Source of the DNA: Fervidicoccaceae archaeon
GTDB taxonomy: Archaea; Thermoproteota; Thermoprotei_A; Sulfolobales; Fervidicoccaceae
Direction of reading: 5' to 3'
DNA: 64,000 nucleotides
NCBI GenBank assembly: GCA_038734945.1
Contig: JAVYOA010000009.1
Span: forward strand, 434,001 to 498,000
A program made the position numbers and the translations under genes. Positions 10,388 to 20,370 of the stretch are shown in pieces; within the stretch, counting starts at the first letter, position 1, and the number at the start of each line of letters is the position of its first letter. The notes beneath the pieces were generated by a model that ran no database searches, was not told the DNA's origin, and saw only the letters and a program-made list of their open reading frames with translations.

Positions 10388-11011
10388 TCAAGTGAGCTCC
10401 TTCTCTACAATTTTGCCAAAGCTCTCCTCTTCCTCGAATATCCTCGACGTGAAATAGTAAAAATCAGTCTCCTCATCTTTCCAACAGTCTTCACTCAGTC
10501 CTGCCTTTAAGCAAGTTCCCTCGAGAAATGTCCTCTCATCCCATCCTTCCTCAACAGCCACCTGAGGGAGCAGGAGTCCTGAGAGATAGCCTTTCTTTGC
10601 CATCAATCCCATCTTTCCGATCTTTATCCACCTTAATCTTTCATCAGCTTTTTTAGGCATTGGTTTTAATTCCGAGAGAACAGAAACTTCGAATATAGTA
10701 ATTGGATATTCTCTTAGGGAAAGAGGAGGAAATCTTGGATCATTGAAAGCTGCCTCTCTGGCTACCTCAACTGTTGCTTCTATGAGGGGCATTATAGGAG
10801 ATACGTAGCCTATGCATCCCCTGAGCTCCTTCCTCCCTCTCTTCATTAAGTAAATTGTAACGAATGGAATCCCGGGCCTTTTGAGCTTTTCTGGGCTGTC
10901 TGAAATATCTGCCTTCTCCCCTCTAAAGCTCTTCTCCACGCTTTCTCTAGCCTTTTTCACAAGATATATTCCATCTTCAAGAGTTAGCTCTTCAGGCTCA
11001 ACAGGTTTCAT
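10388..11011 (-). CDS. AMMECR1-domain protein
   Basis: LRGCIG, AAFNDPRFPPL, EVSVLS, GLLLPQV, CLKAGL motifs. Start placed at ATG 11011 (track 11023). Confidence 0.92.
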   Translation of the reverse strand: MKPVEPEELTLEDGIYLVKKARESVEKSFRGEKADISDSPEKLKRPGIPFVTIYLMKRGRKELRGCIGYVSPIMPLIEATVEVAREAAFNDPRFPPLSLREYPITIFEVSVLSELKPMPKKADERLRWIKIGKMGLMAKKGYLSGLLLPQVAVEEGWDERTFLEGTCLKAGLSEDCWKDEETDFYYFTSRIFEEEESFGKIVEKELT

Positions 11012-11480
11012 TTTTCGCATCACCCAACGTTTTCATTATTGAATGGAAGTGCCTTCCTACCCAATAAATCATTCCGCATTCCTTGCATACATAATATGTT
11101 TTTCTCCTTCCCTTATATGACAAAAAAGGTTGAGCAGTAGGATAGAGCTCTCCATTACAGAGAGGACACCTCGATTTTTCTGGAGTGAACTCCAAGTCTA
11201 TTAGGCCCGCTTCCTTTAGGCAGGACAGATACTTCTCTAATGATAGAGAAGAGGAAAAGCAAACAACTGAGATCCCCAAATCAATTGCTTTCTTGCAAAG
11301 ATTTTTATCCCTTGATATGATAATTCTTCTCTCCTTCAATGAAGATTCTAATATTTTCTCATCGTCGGAATCTCTCCAGTAGAGAGTATCATAGCCAAGA
11401 AGCCTGAGAAATCTCGCCAGCTTTCCTAGCATCGCATCTACTCCAAACTTCACGCCTTTGCTTTCTTGCATTGATCTCAA
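10998..11480 (-). CDS. Mut7-C (PIN-like) RNase domain protein with Zn ribbon (DUF82)
   Basis: DAMLGKLARFLRLLGYDT, SRD, RCPLCNG...CKECGMIYWVGRH. Confidence 0.9.
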   Translation of the reverse strand: MRSMQESKGVKFGVDAMLGKLARFLRLLGYDTLYWRDSDDEKILESSLKERRIIISRDKNLCKKAIDLGISVVCFSSSLSLEKYLSCLKEAGLIDLEFTPEKSRCPLCNGELYPTAQPFLSYKGRRKTYYVCKECGMIYWVGRHFHSIMKTLGDAKNETC

Positions 11481-11498
11481 ACCATTCTGAAAGTTAGT

Positions 11499-11556
11499 TC
11501 AGCTTAACTCTGATATATCATCAACCAGAGGTCTCAAGCTTGCCGGTTATCATCAT
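11499..11556 (-). ncRNA. Box C/D methylation guide sRNA
   Basis: Minus strand reads ATGATGA-TAACCGGCAAGC-TTGA-GACCTCTGG-TTGATGA-TATATCAGAGTTAAG-CTGA (C, guide, D', C', guide, D); intergenic. Confidence 0.82.
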
Positions 11557-11608
11557 CAGTATTGAATAAATAGGTGAAGGAAATAATAAATTTCATTGGG
11601 GAAACTTC

Positions 11609-13423
11609 ATGGAATTTGAAATTCTAGCAAGAACTTTTGATGAGCTGGAGAGAATATCTTCGAGAATAGCGCTAACCAATGCTCTTGTGGATTTATTCAA
11701 GCAAACTCCGAAGGAGGAAATAAGAAAAGTTGTATACTTGATCCAAGGAAGACTCTGGCCAGATTGGAAGGGACTTCCTGAGCTGGGAGTTGCCGAAAAG
11801 CTTCTGATAAAAGCTCTCAGCATGGCCACCAACACGAGAGAGGAAGAGGTGGAGAAGCTCTTCAAAGAAGCAGGAGATCTTGGAAAAGTAGCAGAGCAGC
11901 TGAAGAAAACTAAGGCTCAGCAGCCAAGGGGGCTCATTCAGTTCATTGGAGGATCCGAGAAAAGTAAGCTGAGCGTAAGCAGGGTTTATGAATCACTCTC
12001 GAAAATTGCTACTGCTGAAGGGGAAGGAAGCAGGGATCTCAAGCTAAGAATACTTTCGGCTCTCATAAAAGAGGCAGAGCCCATTGAAGCGAAATTCATA
12101 GTCAGATTTGTTGAAGGAAGATTGAGAATAAACATAGGAGATGCTACAATAATGGATGCCCTCGCTATTGCTTATGGGGGCACTAAAGCTTCGAGGCAGC
12201 TCATAGAGAGGGCCTACAACCTGAGAGCTGATCTAGGGGATATAGCAGAGCAGCTAGCTATGAAAGGACTCGACTTTCTCACAAAAATTACACCTACATT
12301 TGGAATACCAATAAGACCAATGCTTGCTGAGCGTCACAGAGATCCGAAAGAAATGATTGAAAAAGTAGGTGGAAAAGCCTATGTGGAATATAAATATGAT
12401 GGTGAGAGAGCTCAAATACATTACAGCAGGAGCAACGTTCTGATATTTTCTAGAAGGCTGGAAAATATTACCCATCAGTATCCCGATGTAATAGATTCTA
12501 TTCGCGATGCTATCAGTGCTGAAGAAGCTATAGTCGAGGGAGAAATTGTACCATTTGATCCAGAGACTGGAGAAATGAGACCCTTTCAGATATTGATGAC
12601 AAGAAAGAGAAAGCACGACATACATAGGGCAATGAAGGAGGTCCCAGTGAAGGTATTTCTCTTCGATGTCCTCTACCTGGATGGAAGGGATCTCACCAAT
12701 GAGATACTTCCAAAACGGAGAGAGGCACTGGAGAAAATCATCAAGCCGAATGAGGGGGTAGAGATAGCCAAGTACATCGTCGCGAGCAATTCCGATGAAC
12801 TCGAGAGATTCTTCCTCGAAGCTATAAGCAATGGGGCTGAAGGTGTAATGGTGAAATCAATAAGCGAGAAAAGCATCTATCAAGCAGGAAACAGAGGATG
12901 GCTTTGGATAAAATACAAGAGAGACTATAAAAGTGAAATGACTGATTCCGTTGATCTTGTAGTTGTAGGAGCATTTTATGGGAAAGGTAAGAGGGCCGGA
13001 AAGCTGAGCACTCTCCTTCTGGCAGGGTACGATGAAGAGGAGGACGTATTCAGAACTGTATGCAAGGTTGGCACAGGCTTCACAGATGAAGAGCTAGACA
13101 GGATGACTTCTGAGCTGAAGAGCCTTCAGATAGATCACAGGGATCCAAGAGTAATAAGCGATATTGAACCTGATGTCTGGGTTAAGCCTGTGAAGGTAGT
13201 TGAAGTTATTGGAGCAGAGCTGACCCTTAGCCCTCTCCATTCATGCGCAAGAGATATTCTCTCTCCAGGGACTGGTATCAGCATAAGGTTTCCCCGATTC
13301 ATCTCATGGCGCACAGATAAGGGTCCTGAAGATGCTACAACATGCAAGGAGCTCATTGAAATGTACAACATGCAGCTTAAGAAAATCGAAGAACCAGCTG
13401 AAGTGCAAGAAACTCAACAATGA
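11609..13423 (+). CDS. lig: ATP-dependent DNA ligase
   Basis: [12 protein letters not shown] adenylation motif, [30 protein letters not shown]. Confidence 0.97.
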   Translation: MEFEILARTFDELERISSRIALTNALVDLFKQTPKEEIRKVVYLIQGRLWPDWKGLPELGVAEKLLIKALSMATNTREEEVEKLFKEAGDLGKVAEQLKKTKAQQPRGLIQFIGGSEKSKLSVSRVYESLSKIATAEGEGSRDLKLRILSALIKEAEPIEAKFIVRFVEGRLRINIGDATIMDALAIAYGGTKASRQLIERAYNLRADLGDIAEQLAMKGLDFLTKITPTFGIPIRPMLAERHRDPKEMIEKVGGKAYVEYKYDGERAQIHYSRSNVLIFSRRLENITHQYPDVIDSIRDAISAEEAIVEGEIVPFDPETGEMRPFQILMTRKRKHDIHRAMKEVPVKVFLFDVLYLDGRDLTNEILPKRREALEKIIKPNEGVEIAKYIVASNSDELERFFLEAISNGAEGVMVKSISEKSIYQAGNRGWLWIKYKRDYKSEMTDSVDLVVVGAFYGKGKRAGKLSTLLLAGYDEEEDVFRTVCKVGTGFTDEELDRMTSELKSLQIDHRDPRVISDIEPDVWVKPVKVVEVIGAELTLSPLHSCARDILSPGTGISIRFPRFISWRTDKGPEDATTCKELIEMYNMQLKKIEEPAEVQETQQ

Positions 13424-13453
13424 CTTGAAAATGAATATTGCGTACTGCTCAAT

Positions 13454-13915
13454 TTATTGCTCTCCTCTTTTCTTCATATTTTCTCTATATATATCTGTTA
13501 TTAGCAGCCTAAGTGCCTCAGTTATGCCGCTCATCACAACTGAGGACATGGACTTTGACTCCACTGATATCTCTTTAACATAATCTTTGTCCTCCATTAT
13601 TGAAACCTTTGCCCCCTCATCTATAATTCCTATTTCTCTCCTTATGCTGCTTAGAAGCTCAGGATCCCTCCTCACTTCAAAGAGAAGCTTGGCTCTTATA
13701 TTAGTTGGTGCTCTAACTATGAGAGCAATTGTCTCCTTTCCTGATTTAACCTCTAACACATTTTCATCCTTTCCTCCTTTCTCCTCGTTTTTCAGATTTC
13801 CGAGGCTCCCCTCAACAAATGCCAATAGAAGCTCCAGGTGCTCAATCTCACTCTTCCTTTTCTTTATTTCTTCCTCGAGGAACTTCTTCAGCTCAATCAA
13901 TTTTTCTCTGTTCAA
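13454..13915 (-). CDS. Hypothetical protein with N-terminal coiled coil
   Basis: 153-aa ORF filling the gap, with typical composition; no motif recognised. Confidence 0.7.
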   Translation of the reverse strand: MNREKLIELKKFLEEEIKKRKSEIEHLELLLAFVEGSLGNLKNEEKGGKDENVLEVKSGKETIALIVRAPTNIRAKLLFEVRRDPELLSSIRREIGIIDEGAKVSIMEDKDYVKEISVESKSMSSVVMSGITEALRLLITDIYRENMKKRGEQ

Positions 13916-14077
13916 TTCCTCATAACCTCCACATTTTTCTTGAAGAGTGCATGTAAAAATAGCAATTGTTATATCATGAATTCAAGAAAGACTATAAACC
14001 TTCGTTCCTGTTAAATTTGAATGACATTCGATGCATGAATGATTTAGATTAAAGTAAATGGAGGGGAAGATTAGGTA

Positions 14078-15871
14078 TTGCTTAGAACTTCGCTGAAAGG
14101 ATATACTAAGGCTATATCTATAATCATATTGCTTGTGCTCTCTCTATCACCTGCTCTGAATGCTGCTGGAGAAAAAGAGAGCATAAATGTTTATGTTCCT
14201 GCTGTTACAAATTCAGGAGGAGCTATAATAAAAATTGGCATTTCCATGAACTCTAATGGAAGCGGGAGCTTATTTTTAAGAGGAGTTCCAAGTGTTGGTA
14301 ACGACACGCTGTATTCCTCAATAGTAGCTTTTTACTCCGCCCTTCTACTTTCCAACAGGGATCCCCTGAGCTATGATGGCGAATTGGTTTTTGAATCGGA
14401 TCTCTCTGGCATAGAAGGACCCAGTGCCAGCCTAGCTATAGCTGAGGCATTCTATGTTCTCTCGAGCGGGAGGCCATCCCCCCCGATGCTGGGATCAGCC
14501 GTCGTTACAGGAGCAGTCAGTCTCGATGGGATGTCAATAATTATTGGGGGTGTTGCCGAGAAGCTCGCTGCTGCCTGCTCATCAGGTGCCAGGGAATTCA
14601 TCCTCCCAACGTCAAACTATCTCAGCTCTATTGATCAAATAAATAGCAATTGCAGTAACATAAAGATTCTTCCAGCTTCAGGAATAATCTCACTCTATTC
14701 CCAGCTCATGGGATATGGCATAATCAATACAACATCCTTTCAGGGAATTTTTACCTATCCCCCCCAAATCTCGGATGTCATGGGAGAGGTTGCTATGAAA
14801 TATTTAGAGAAATCAGAGCTTTTAAACCCCCTTGTTAGGAATTCAAGCGATGCCAATAGCATTATTGCCTCAATATCCACTGGGAAAAACTATACAGCTG
14901 CTAGTCTCGCTGTTTCTCTTTACGTCTCTTCTCTGCGGGCTGCTCTTCAATCCAATACAACCTCGCTTGAGTCTGCCAGGCAGTATTTGAGTAATTTGAA
15001 TACAACTATACAAGCTCTGAAAGCTGAGCTCGGAAGCATAGAGCAAACGGCTATTGAGAAGGGCAGCATACCTATTCCTCTGCTTGAAACGCTGGCCACA
15101 GCAGAATCCAGACTCTGGCTCGCAGAATCATATGTTTCCCAAGGATTAGCGGCTTCAAATCTTTCAGATGCTATAGATGCAGCAGCAAATTCAAACGGGA
15201 GGATTGAAGCAGCAAGAACTTGGATAGAGCTTTCAAAGATCGATTGGAGCAACTATCCAAGCCTAAGTCCTGCTCAGCTTATTGGTGGTCTCAATGACTA
15301 TGAAAAGATAGCAAAGGCAGCACTCTCATATGCCAGCTCTCTAGCAAGCGATATGGGATTTCAATACTATGCATCATACTTTCAAGATCTGAACTCAATG
15401 TTTGCCCAGGCTTCTTCAATAAATCAACCATCAAAGTTATTTTTAAAATATGCTCTCTATTCGGAACTCACAGCCGAAATATCGTCCTTTATATTATCAA
15501 CAAATATTCAAAGCGAGAAATCCCTCCAATACTATATCAATGAAGCTAACCTAGTTTATAGCATTCTTTTTTCAAATATCTTGAGAAATGGATTGATAAC
15601 AGCAGTAACACCCGCTTATATGGAATACTCAGCCTATGGCAATTTGAATGATGATAGCAGGCTAATGTTAATTGATTCGGCGATCTCGTGGACTATACCT
15701 CTCCTCTTTATCTCGCTGCATGAACATGTACCTGCATCCCAACCAATCATAAGAACTGTTTTTCCCCTCGAGGGAACAATCGCCTCAGTATTAATAGCAT
15801 GGGCTCTTGCTGGAATACTTTCTTCGCTACTAGCAATAGTTTCATACAGAGCCATCAGGAGAAGCCCATAG
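14078..15871 (+). CDS. Exported, membrane-anchored Lon-like (S16) serine protease
   Basis: Signal peptide; IEGPSASLA (catalytic Ser), VTGAVSLDG, GGVAEKLAAA (catalytic Lys); C-terminal TM helix; no AAA+ domain. Confidence 0.8.
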   Translation: MLRTSLKGYTKAISIIILLVLSLSPALNAAGEKESINVYVPAVTNSGGAIIKIGISMNSNGSGSLFLRGVPSVGNDTLYSSIVAFYSALLLSNRDPLSYDGELVFESDLSGIEGPSASLAIAEAFYVLSSGRPSPPMLGSAVVTGAVSLDGMSIIIGGVAEKLAAACSSGAREFILPTSNYLSSIDQINSNCSNIKILPASGIISLYSQLMGYGIINTTSFQGIFTYPPQISDVMGEVAMKYLEKSELLNPLVRNSSDANSIIASISTGKNYTAASLAVSLYVSSLRAALQSNTTSLESARQYLSNLNTTIQALKAELGSIEQTAIEKGSIPIPLLETLATAESRLWLAESYVSQGLAASNLSDAIDAAANSNGRIEAARTWIELSKIDWSNYPSLSPAQLIGGLNDYEKIAKAALSYASSLASDMGFQYYASYFQDLNSMFAQASSINQPSKLFLKYALYSELTAEISSFILSTNIQSEKSLQYYINEANLVYSILFSNILRNGLITAVTPAYMEYSAYGNLNDDSRLMLIDSAISWTIPLLFISLHEHVPASQPIIRTVFPLEGTIASVLIAWALAGILSSLLAIVSYRAIRRSP

Positions 15872-16444
15872 CTCTGTAGCCTTCCTGAGATCCTCCTCCA
15901 GTTTCTCCCTCAGCTTAGGATTTCTCAGAACGGAAGCCGGGTGAAAGGTTGCTAATACCTTGAAGCTCTTTCCCCCAATATTGAGGCTTCCTATATTTCC
16001 TCTTATACTGGAAACCTTCTTGCTCTTTCCTTTCCAAGAGCTTGGGAAAGACTCATTGAACAAGTAGTTAGATGATGTGGCTCCTAGTGCTACAATGACT
16101 TTCGGGTTTATGAGCTGGATCTCTCTCACTAGATAGTTCACACATGCCAGCACCTCCTCCCTCTTAGGTCTCCTGTTATTAGGAGGTCTGCATTTAACAA
16201 CATTTGTTATATAGACCATGTTTCTATCAATTCCAAAATTTCCTAGAATTTCGTCCAGAAGCTTTCCTGCCCTCCCAACAAAGGGCAGACCTCTTTCATC
16301 CTCCTCTCTTCCAGGAGCTTCACCTACAAGCATTATTCTGCTCTTCTCGTTTCCAAATCCAGGAACCGCCCTCTTTCTGTATTGACTGAGAGGACACTTT
16401 TTACATTCAATAACCTCTCTTCTGATTGACTCTAGACTATCCAC
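15842..16444 (-). CDS. udg: Uracil-DNA glycosylase family 4
   Basis: CKKCPL, VGEAPG, PFVGRAG, TNVVKCRPPNNR, FHPA motifs. Confidence 0.93.
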   Translation of the reverse strand: MDSLESIRREVIECKKCPLSQYRKRAVPGFGNEKSRIMLVGEAPGREEDERGLPFVGRAGKLLDEILGNFGIDRNMVYITNVVKCRPPNNRRPKREEVLACVNYLVREIQLINPKVIVALGATSSNYLFNESFPSSWKGKSKKVSSIRGNIGSLNIGGKSFKVLATFHPASVLRNPKLREKLEEDLRKATELWASPDGSV

Positions 16445-16460
16445 AACATTTCATCCCCTT

Positions 16461-17585
16461 CTAGTTTTCCTTTGAATTGATAGCTCTATCAGGAGAGAAT
16501 GTCTCCTTCCATACAAAGTGCTCACTTAGCGCATAGTTTGCTAGAAATCCAAATATTATTCCAATTAGATTCGATAGCAGCGGCTCTATTCCAAACAGCC
16601 TCGTCAGGAGAAGAAGGGTGAAGTAATTTATGGAAACTCCTAAAGCAGTGGAAATATGATACTTTGCTAGCTTTTCAGCAATAGACCCCCCCTTTCTCTT
16701 GCCGAAAGTAAGTAAGGAGTTCAAAATGAAGTTGCTTATTATGCTGCTTTCAATTCCAAGTGCCGCCGAAATCTCCAGAAGGATCTTCTCCCTGTAGTAA
16801 GCGAGCCATAGAACCCCCTCATTTACAAAGATCCCTGAGACTCCAACTAGCATGAATTTCAAAATTCTGAACTCATTCAGCACTAGAAGATGCCAGACAA
16901 AATTCAGCATCTCTCTGCTGTTTAGCTTGCTTTTCCCCCATTGTCTTTTTTCAAAAGTATATTCAACCTCAGCAATTTTGTTGGCTGGCACCTTTCCTTT
17001 CACTATGAGCTCAAGCATAATCTTGAATCCCCTAGGATTGAGAGATCCTTTTGTTCTCAGAAACACATCTCTTCTAAAAGCAAAAAAACCAGACATGGGG
17101 TCGGTTATATTCCTAGTTTGAGGGAGTAGCAGCTTTGAAACTAGGGAAGCTCCTCTAGAAATAATTTTTCTGAAAAACGATAGTCCTCTATAGCCTTTCC
17201 CCTTCCTTACTCCAATAGAAACCTCGGCTTTCCCGCTCACTATTGGATGTATTATTCTCTTAATATCCTCCGGGGGATGCTGGAGATCTGCATCCATCAC
17301 CACTACAATGTCACCAGAAGAGCTCTCAATCCCCCTTATCACAGCAGTCGATAGCCCCCTTTCCTTTTCTCTAACAATTACTTTTACTCTGTCACTCATA
17401 TTGAGCTCACTGCTAGCCTCAATGGCTCTATTTGCGGTTCCATCTGGGCTGTTGTCATCAACAATTATGACCTCATAGTTTTCTTCTCCTAGAGCCTGCT
17501 TTATTCGGGAAAGAAGGGGCAACATGTTTCCCGCTTCATTGTAGGTTGGAATAACAATGCTGATTTTTGCTGAACTCCCATTCAT
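16461..17585 (-). CDS. Dolichol-phosphate mannosyltransferase-like GT2 with C-terminal GtrA membrane domain
   Basis: IPTYNE, VDDNSPDGT, MDADLQHPPE, DPMSGFF; C-terminal TM bundle. Start placed at ATG 17585 (track 17612). Confidence 0.88.
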   Translation of the reverse strand: MNGSSAKISIVIPTYNEAGNMLPLLSRIKQALGEENYEVIIVDDNSPDGTANRAIEASSELNMSDRVKVIVREKERGLSTAVIRGIESSSGDIVVVMDADLQHPPEDIKRIIHPIVSGKAEVSIGVRKGKGYRGLSFFRKIISRGASLVSKLLLPQTRNITDPMSGFFAFRRDVFLRTKGSLNPRGFKIMLELIVKGKVPANKIAEVEYTFEKRQWGKSKLNSREMLNFVWHLLVLNEFRILKFMLVGVSGIFVNEGVLWLAYYREKILLEISAALGIESSIISNFILNSLLTFGKRKGGSIAEKLAKYHISTALGVSINYFTLLLLTRLFGIEPLLSNLIGIIFGFLANYALSEHFVWKETFSPDRAINSKEN

Positions 17586-17598
17586 TTCAATCACGCCT

Positions 17599-18363
17599 TC
17601 ATCCTTCTCCAATCAGCTTTTCCATAGCCCCGAGAGGAGGAAATTCTAGAAGCCCATTCCCCTCAATATCCAGCACTACTGGAATTGCTCTTTTTATGTC
17701 ACCATATTTTCTAATCAATGGAGAAAGGTAAGAATTTTGATCCAGGGTAACAGGATTTCCTGCCTGATAGTATCCCGAAGCAGGCAGAACCAGTATTTCT
17801 TTCCCCCTCCTTCTCTTTAGAGGGATCCTCAGAAAACAAGGTAGCTTGATAACAGAGCCTATCTCATCTTTTATGCTGAGAGAAGGATGCTCATGTCCTA
17901 TGACTATTTGTCGAAACTTTAAAGCTTCAAGGGATTCTCTGTGACCATGAACAACAAAAACACCATCCGAAATTTTCATATGCGGTACTAGCATCACATC
18001 CATCTTCTCAGTTATTATTGAGAGGTAGTTGTCATGATTTCCTCTCACTAGAACTACATCTTCAAACAGCTCCCTTGCTCTCCCGAGGAACTTAATGATT
18101 TCTTCTCTTTCCTGTATAGTTAGCTTACTGAAGCTATTTTTTATATCCCCATCAATTACGAGCCTACTCACTTTCCTCTCTTTTAGCTCTTCAATCAGAG
18201 CTATGCTTTTTTTCAATTGTAGCCTAGGGAGAAAGACTCCCGATTGAGCTACTTCACCTTCAAATCCTAGATGGAGATCAGCAATGATAGCCGTCCTGCT
18301 CTCCCTATGAATTGCTGCTGGCAACCCTGGGATCAATATCAACTCTCCGATCTCAATCATCAA
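17599..18363 (-). CDS. Calcineurin-like metallophosphoesterase (COG1407-like)
   Basis: ADLHLG, IDGD, GNHD, HGH, GHEHP motifs. Confidence 0.88.
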   Translation of the reverse strand: MMIEIGELILIPGLPAAIHRESRTAIIADLHLGFEGEVAQSGVFLPRLQLKKSIALIEELKERKVSRLVIDGDIKNSFSKLTIQEREEIIKFLGRARELFEDVVLVRGNHDNYLSIITEKMDVMLVPHMKISDGVFVVHGHRESLEALKFRQIVIGHEHPSLSIKDEIGSVIKLPCFLRIPLKRRRGKEILVLPASGYYQAGNPVTLDQNSYLSPLIRKYGDIKRAIPVVLDIEGNGLLEFPPLGAMEKLIGEG

Positions 18364-18676
18364 TCATCTATCTCCCAATCGCTTACTCTCCTTTATGGAG
18401 TAGATCAACTTTTCCACTAAATACTATATGAAAATTAAGATAATTATCTTGATTCTGAATAAATTAATCGAAAGGAGTCTTTTCTTCTTTGCTAGAAATG
18501 CTATCCTTTAACTTCCTGGAGATCTACGCTCCTTTCTTCATTCTGGTAATTAAAATCTCTGCTTCACGTTAAAAGCAAGAAAGCTTTATTTTTTCTAAAA
18601 CAATAGAAAAATTAGAAATATCCTTTTCTTCTTTGGAATGATATAAAAGACTCATTAGAATATAAAAGAATTGACG

Positions 18677-18732
18677 ATGATGAGGTGGGCAGCCCTTGAC
18701 CATCTGGGATGATGCCCCTAGTCTCACTCTGA
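18677..18732 (+). ncRNA. Box C/D methylation guide sRNA
   Basis: ATGATGA-GGTGGGCAGCCC-TTGA-CCATCTG-GGATGA-TGCCCCTAGTCTCACT-CTGA; GC-rich island in an AT-rich intergenic region; TATA-like ATATAAAA at 18641. Confidence 0.8.
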
Positions 18733-18791
18733 GTTGATTAGAACTTTCAAGTAACCATGAATGCTACAAGCTGAGGAATTTCTTGTGAAAG

Positions 18792-19832
18792 CTAGACAGG
18801 CACAGCAATCAATATGCCATCTTTATCATGTATTATTCTTGAAACTACCACATCTCCAACAGAGAGAGAAGCTCTCCTGCTGATCAAGGTGAAGGCTCTA
18901 TCTCTATTCTGAGATACCGCCAGAAACTCATTGCTGAGCAATCCCTCGGCAACAACTGAGAGCTTCAATATATCTCCTTTTTTATATACAGGTGGGATTC
19001 TCTGAGATACTTTTAGACCGTAATCGTCCGGAGAAAGAAGAAGCTTTATTTTATATTTTTCTTCCAGTAATTTCAGCTTTTCCTCGAACTCATCCCATCC
19101 CATCTCCATCACTCCAAAGGGCTTTCTCCCATGCTTATGTGCTACATATTTTTGTATTCCCAATGGAGGTACCTTACTGCTTAGATCGTTTTTAATAGCA
19201 AATTCTACTATCTCCTCAATATCTCTATCATTTAGCCCGGGGATCCAAACAGGAGCAATGTGGACATCCATTCCAAGATTCTTCCTTGCATATAATATCA
19301 ACTCAACAACTTTGTTAACAGAATAGCCTGTATTTCCTGCCAGAAACTTCCCCCTTTCTTCATTCAGCGTATCTAGGCTAACATTCAATCTTCTTGCGCC
19401 AGAGCTCCAGAGCTCTTCCACTAGCTTCTTGCTAGCAGGAAAAAGCCTAGTCTCAACTGCTATGTCTATGACTCCCCTTACTAAACTAACTTCTTGAACG
19501 AATTTAGGGAGATCTTTATGTACAATGGGATCCCCTATTCCGTCAAACAAAACATGAACATTTCCCTTGAAAGAAATAGCATATTTGACCCACTCTGAAA
19601 GCCACTCGGGATCAGTGAGCATGTACTCAGCTCTTCTCTGAGAATATGGACCTGATCCAACGCTGCAGAAGATACATGAAAGGGAACAAAGCGATGTAAC
19701 TCTTATCTGTAAGTTATTATATCCTCTGTCAATGAGGCCAAACGCAATAGTGCCAATCAATGGAAAAGGCCTATTTATCTTAATAACTTTTCCAACTTTT
19801 TCAATTCCAAAACTAGATTTCTGGATAACCAT
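18792..19832 (-). CDS. Radical SAM protein with C-terminal TRAM-like domain (COG2100-like)
   Basis: CSLSCIFC cluster motif, PLIG.IAFGLIDRG.N N-terminus, LGIQKY. Confidence 0.85.
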   Translation of the reverse strand: MVIQKSSFGIEKVGKVIKINRPFPLIGTIAFGLIDRGYNNLQIRVTSLCSLSCIFCSVGSGPYSQRRAEYMLTDPEWLSEWVKYAISFKGNVHVLFDGIGDPIVHKDLPKFVQEVSLVRGVIDIAVETRLFPASKKLVEELWSSGARRLNVSLDTLNEERGKFLAGNTGYSVNKVVELILYARKNLGMDVHIAPVWIPGLNDRDIEEIVEFAIKNDLSSKVPPLGIQKYVAHKHGRKPFGVMEMGWDEFEEKLKLLEEKYKIKLLLSPDDYGLKVSQRIPPVYKKGDILKLSVVAEGLLSNEFLAVSQNRDRAFTLISRRASLSVGDVVVSRIIHDKDGILIAVPV

Positions 19833-20370
19833 TGAAAGCTCTCATCCTCCATGAAGCTGGATTAGAAATTCCTACTACATATAGAAATATCGATCTCTCG
19901 ATTCCACTGTCATCAACAACTCTTCTCATTAGGATGGGATGCCATCCCTTTATGGGAAAGTCCAGCGTGAGAACTCTTGCCCCTTCTCTTAGCTCCTCAT
20001 CTAGCTTCTTTGAGATCTCTTCGAGAAAAGAAGGAAACATATATATGTACAAAATATCATAATCATTATACTCAATTTCTCGCGCATCTTGACAAGCAAT
20101 CGTTAGCTTGTCTGCCACACCGTTATAAACAGCATTGGCATATGAGAGCATACATAGCTCCTCCCGAACCTCTATGCAAGCAGACTTGCTTCCAAAGTGC
20201 TTTGATGCTATTATGGATGCTCTTCCATCCCCACATCCTATATCTGCGAATTTGCTCCCCTCACTCGCTCTAGCTAAAAGCAAAGCATTATATATAATTT
20301 TTACAGGAGAAGGTATCCACGGTGCATCTACTTTTCTCTGTGTTGGCCAAATTGTTATTGGCTTATCAAT
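19813..20370 (-). CDS. Class I SAM-dependent methyltransferase (PxxPT/S-P type)
   Basis: DIGCGDGR motif I, YIYMFP. The frame stays open upstream of the track start (20283) and encodes DAPWIPSP. Proposed start is ATT 20370, 7 nt after GGTGA. Confidence 0.8.
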   Translation of the reverse strand: MDKPITIWPTQRKVDAPWIPSPVKIIYNALLLARASEGSKFADIGCGDGRASIIASKHFGSKSACIEVREELCMLSYANAVYNGVADKLTIACQDAREIEYNDYDILYIYMFPSFLEEISKKLDEELREGARVLTLDFPIKGWHPILMRRVVDDSGIERSIFLYVVGISNPASWRMRAFNGYPEI

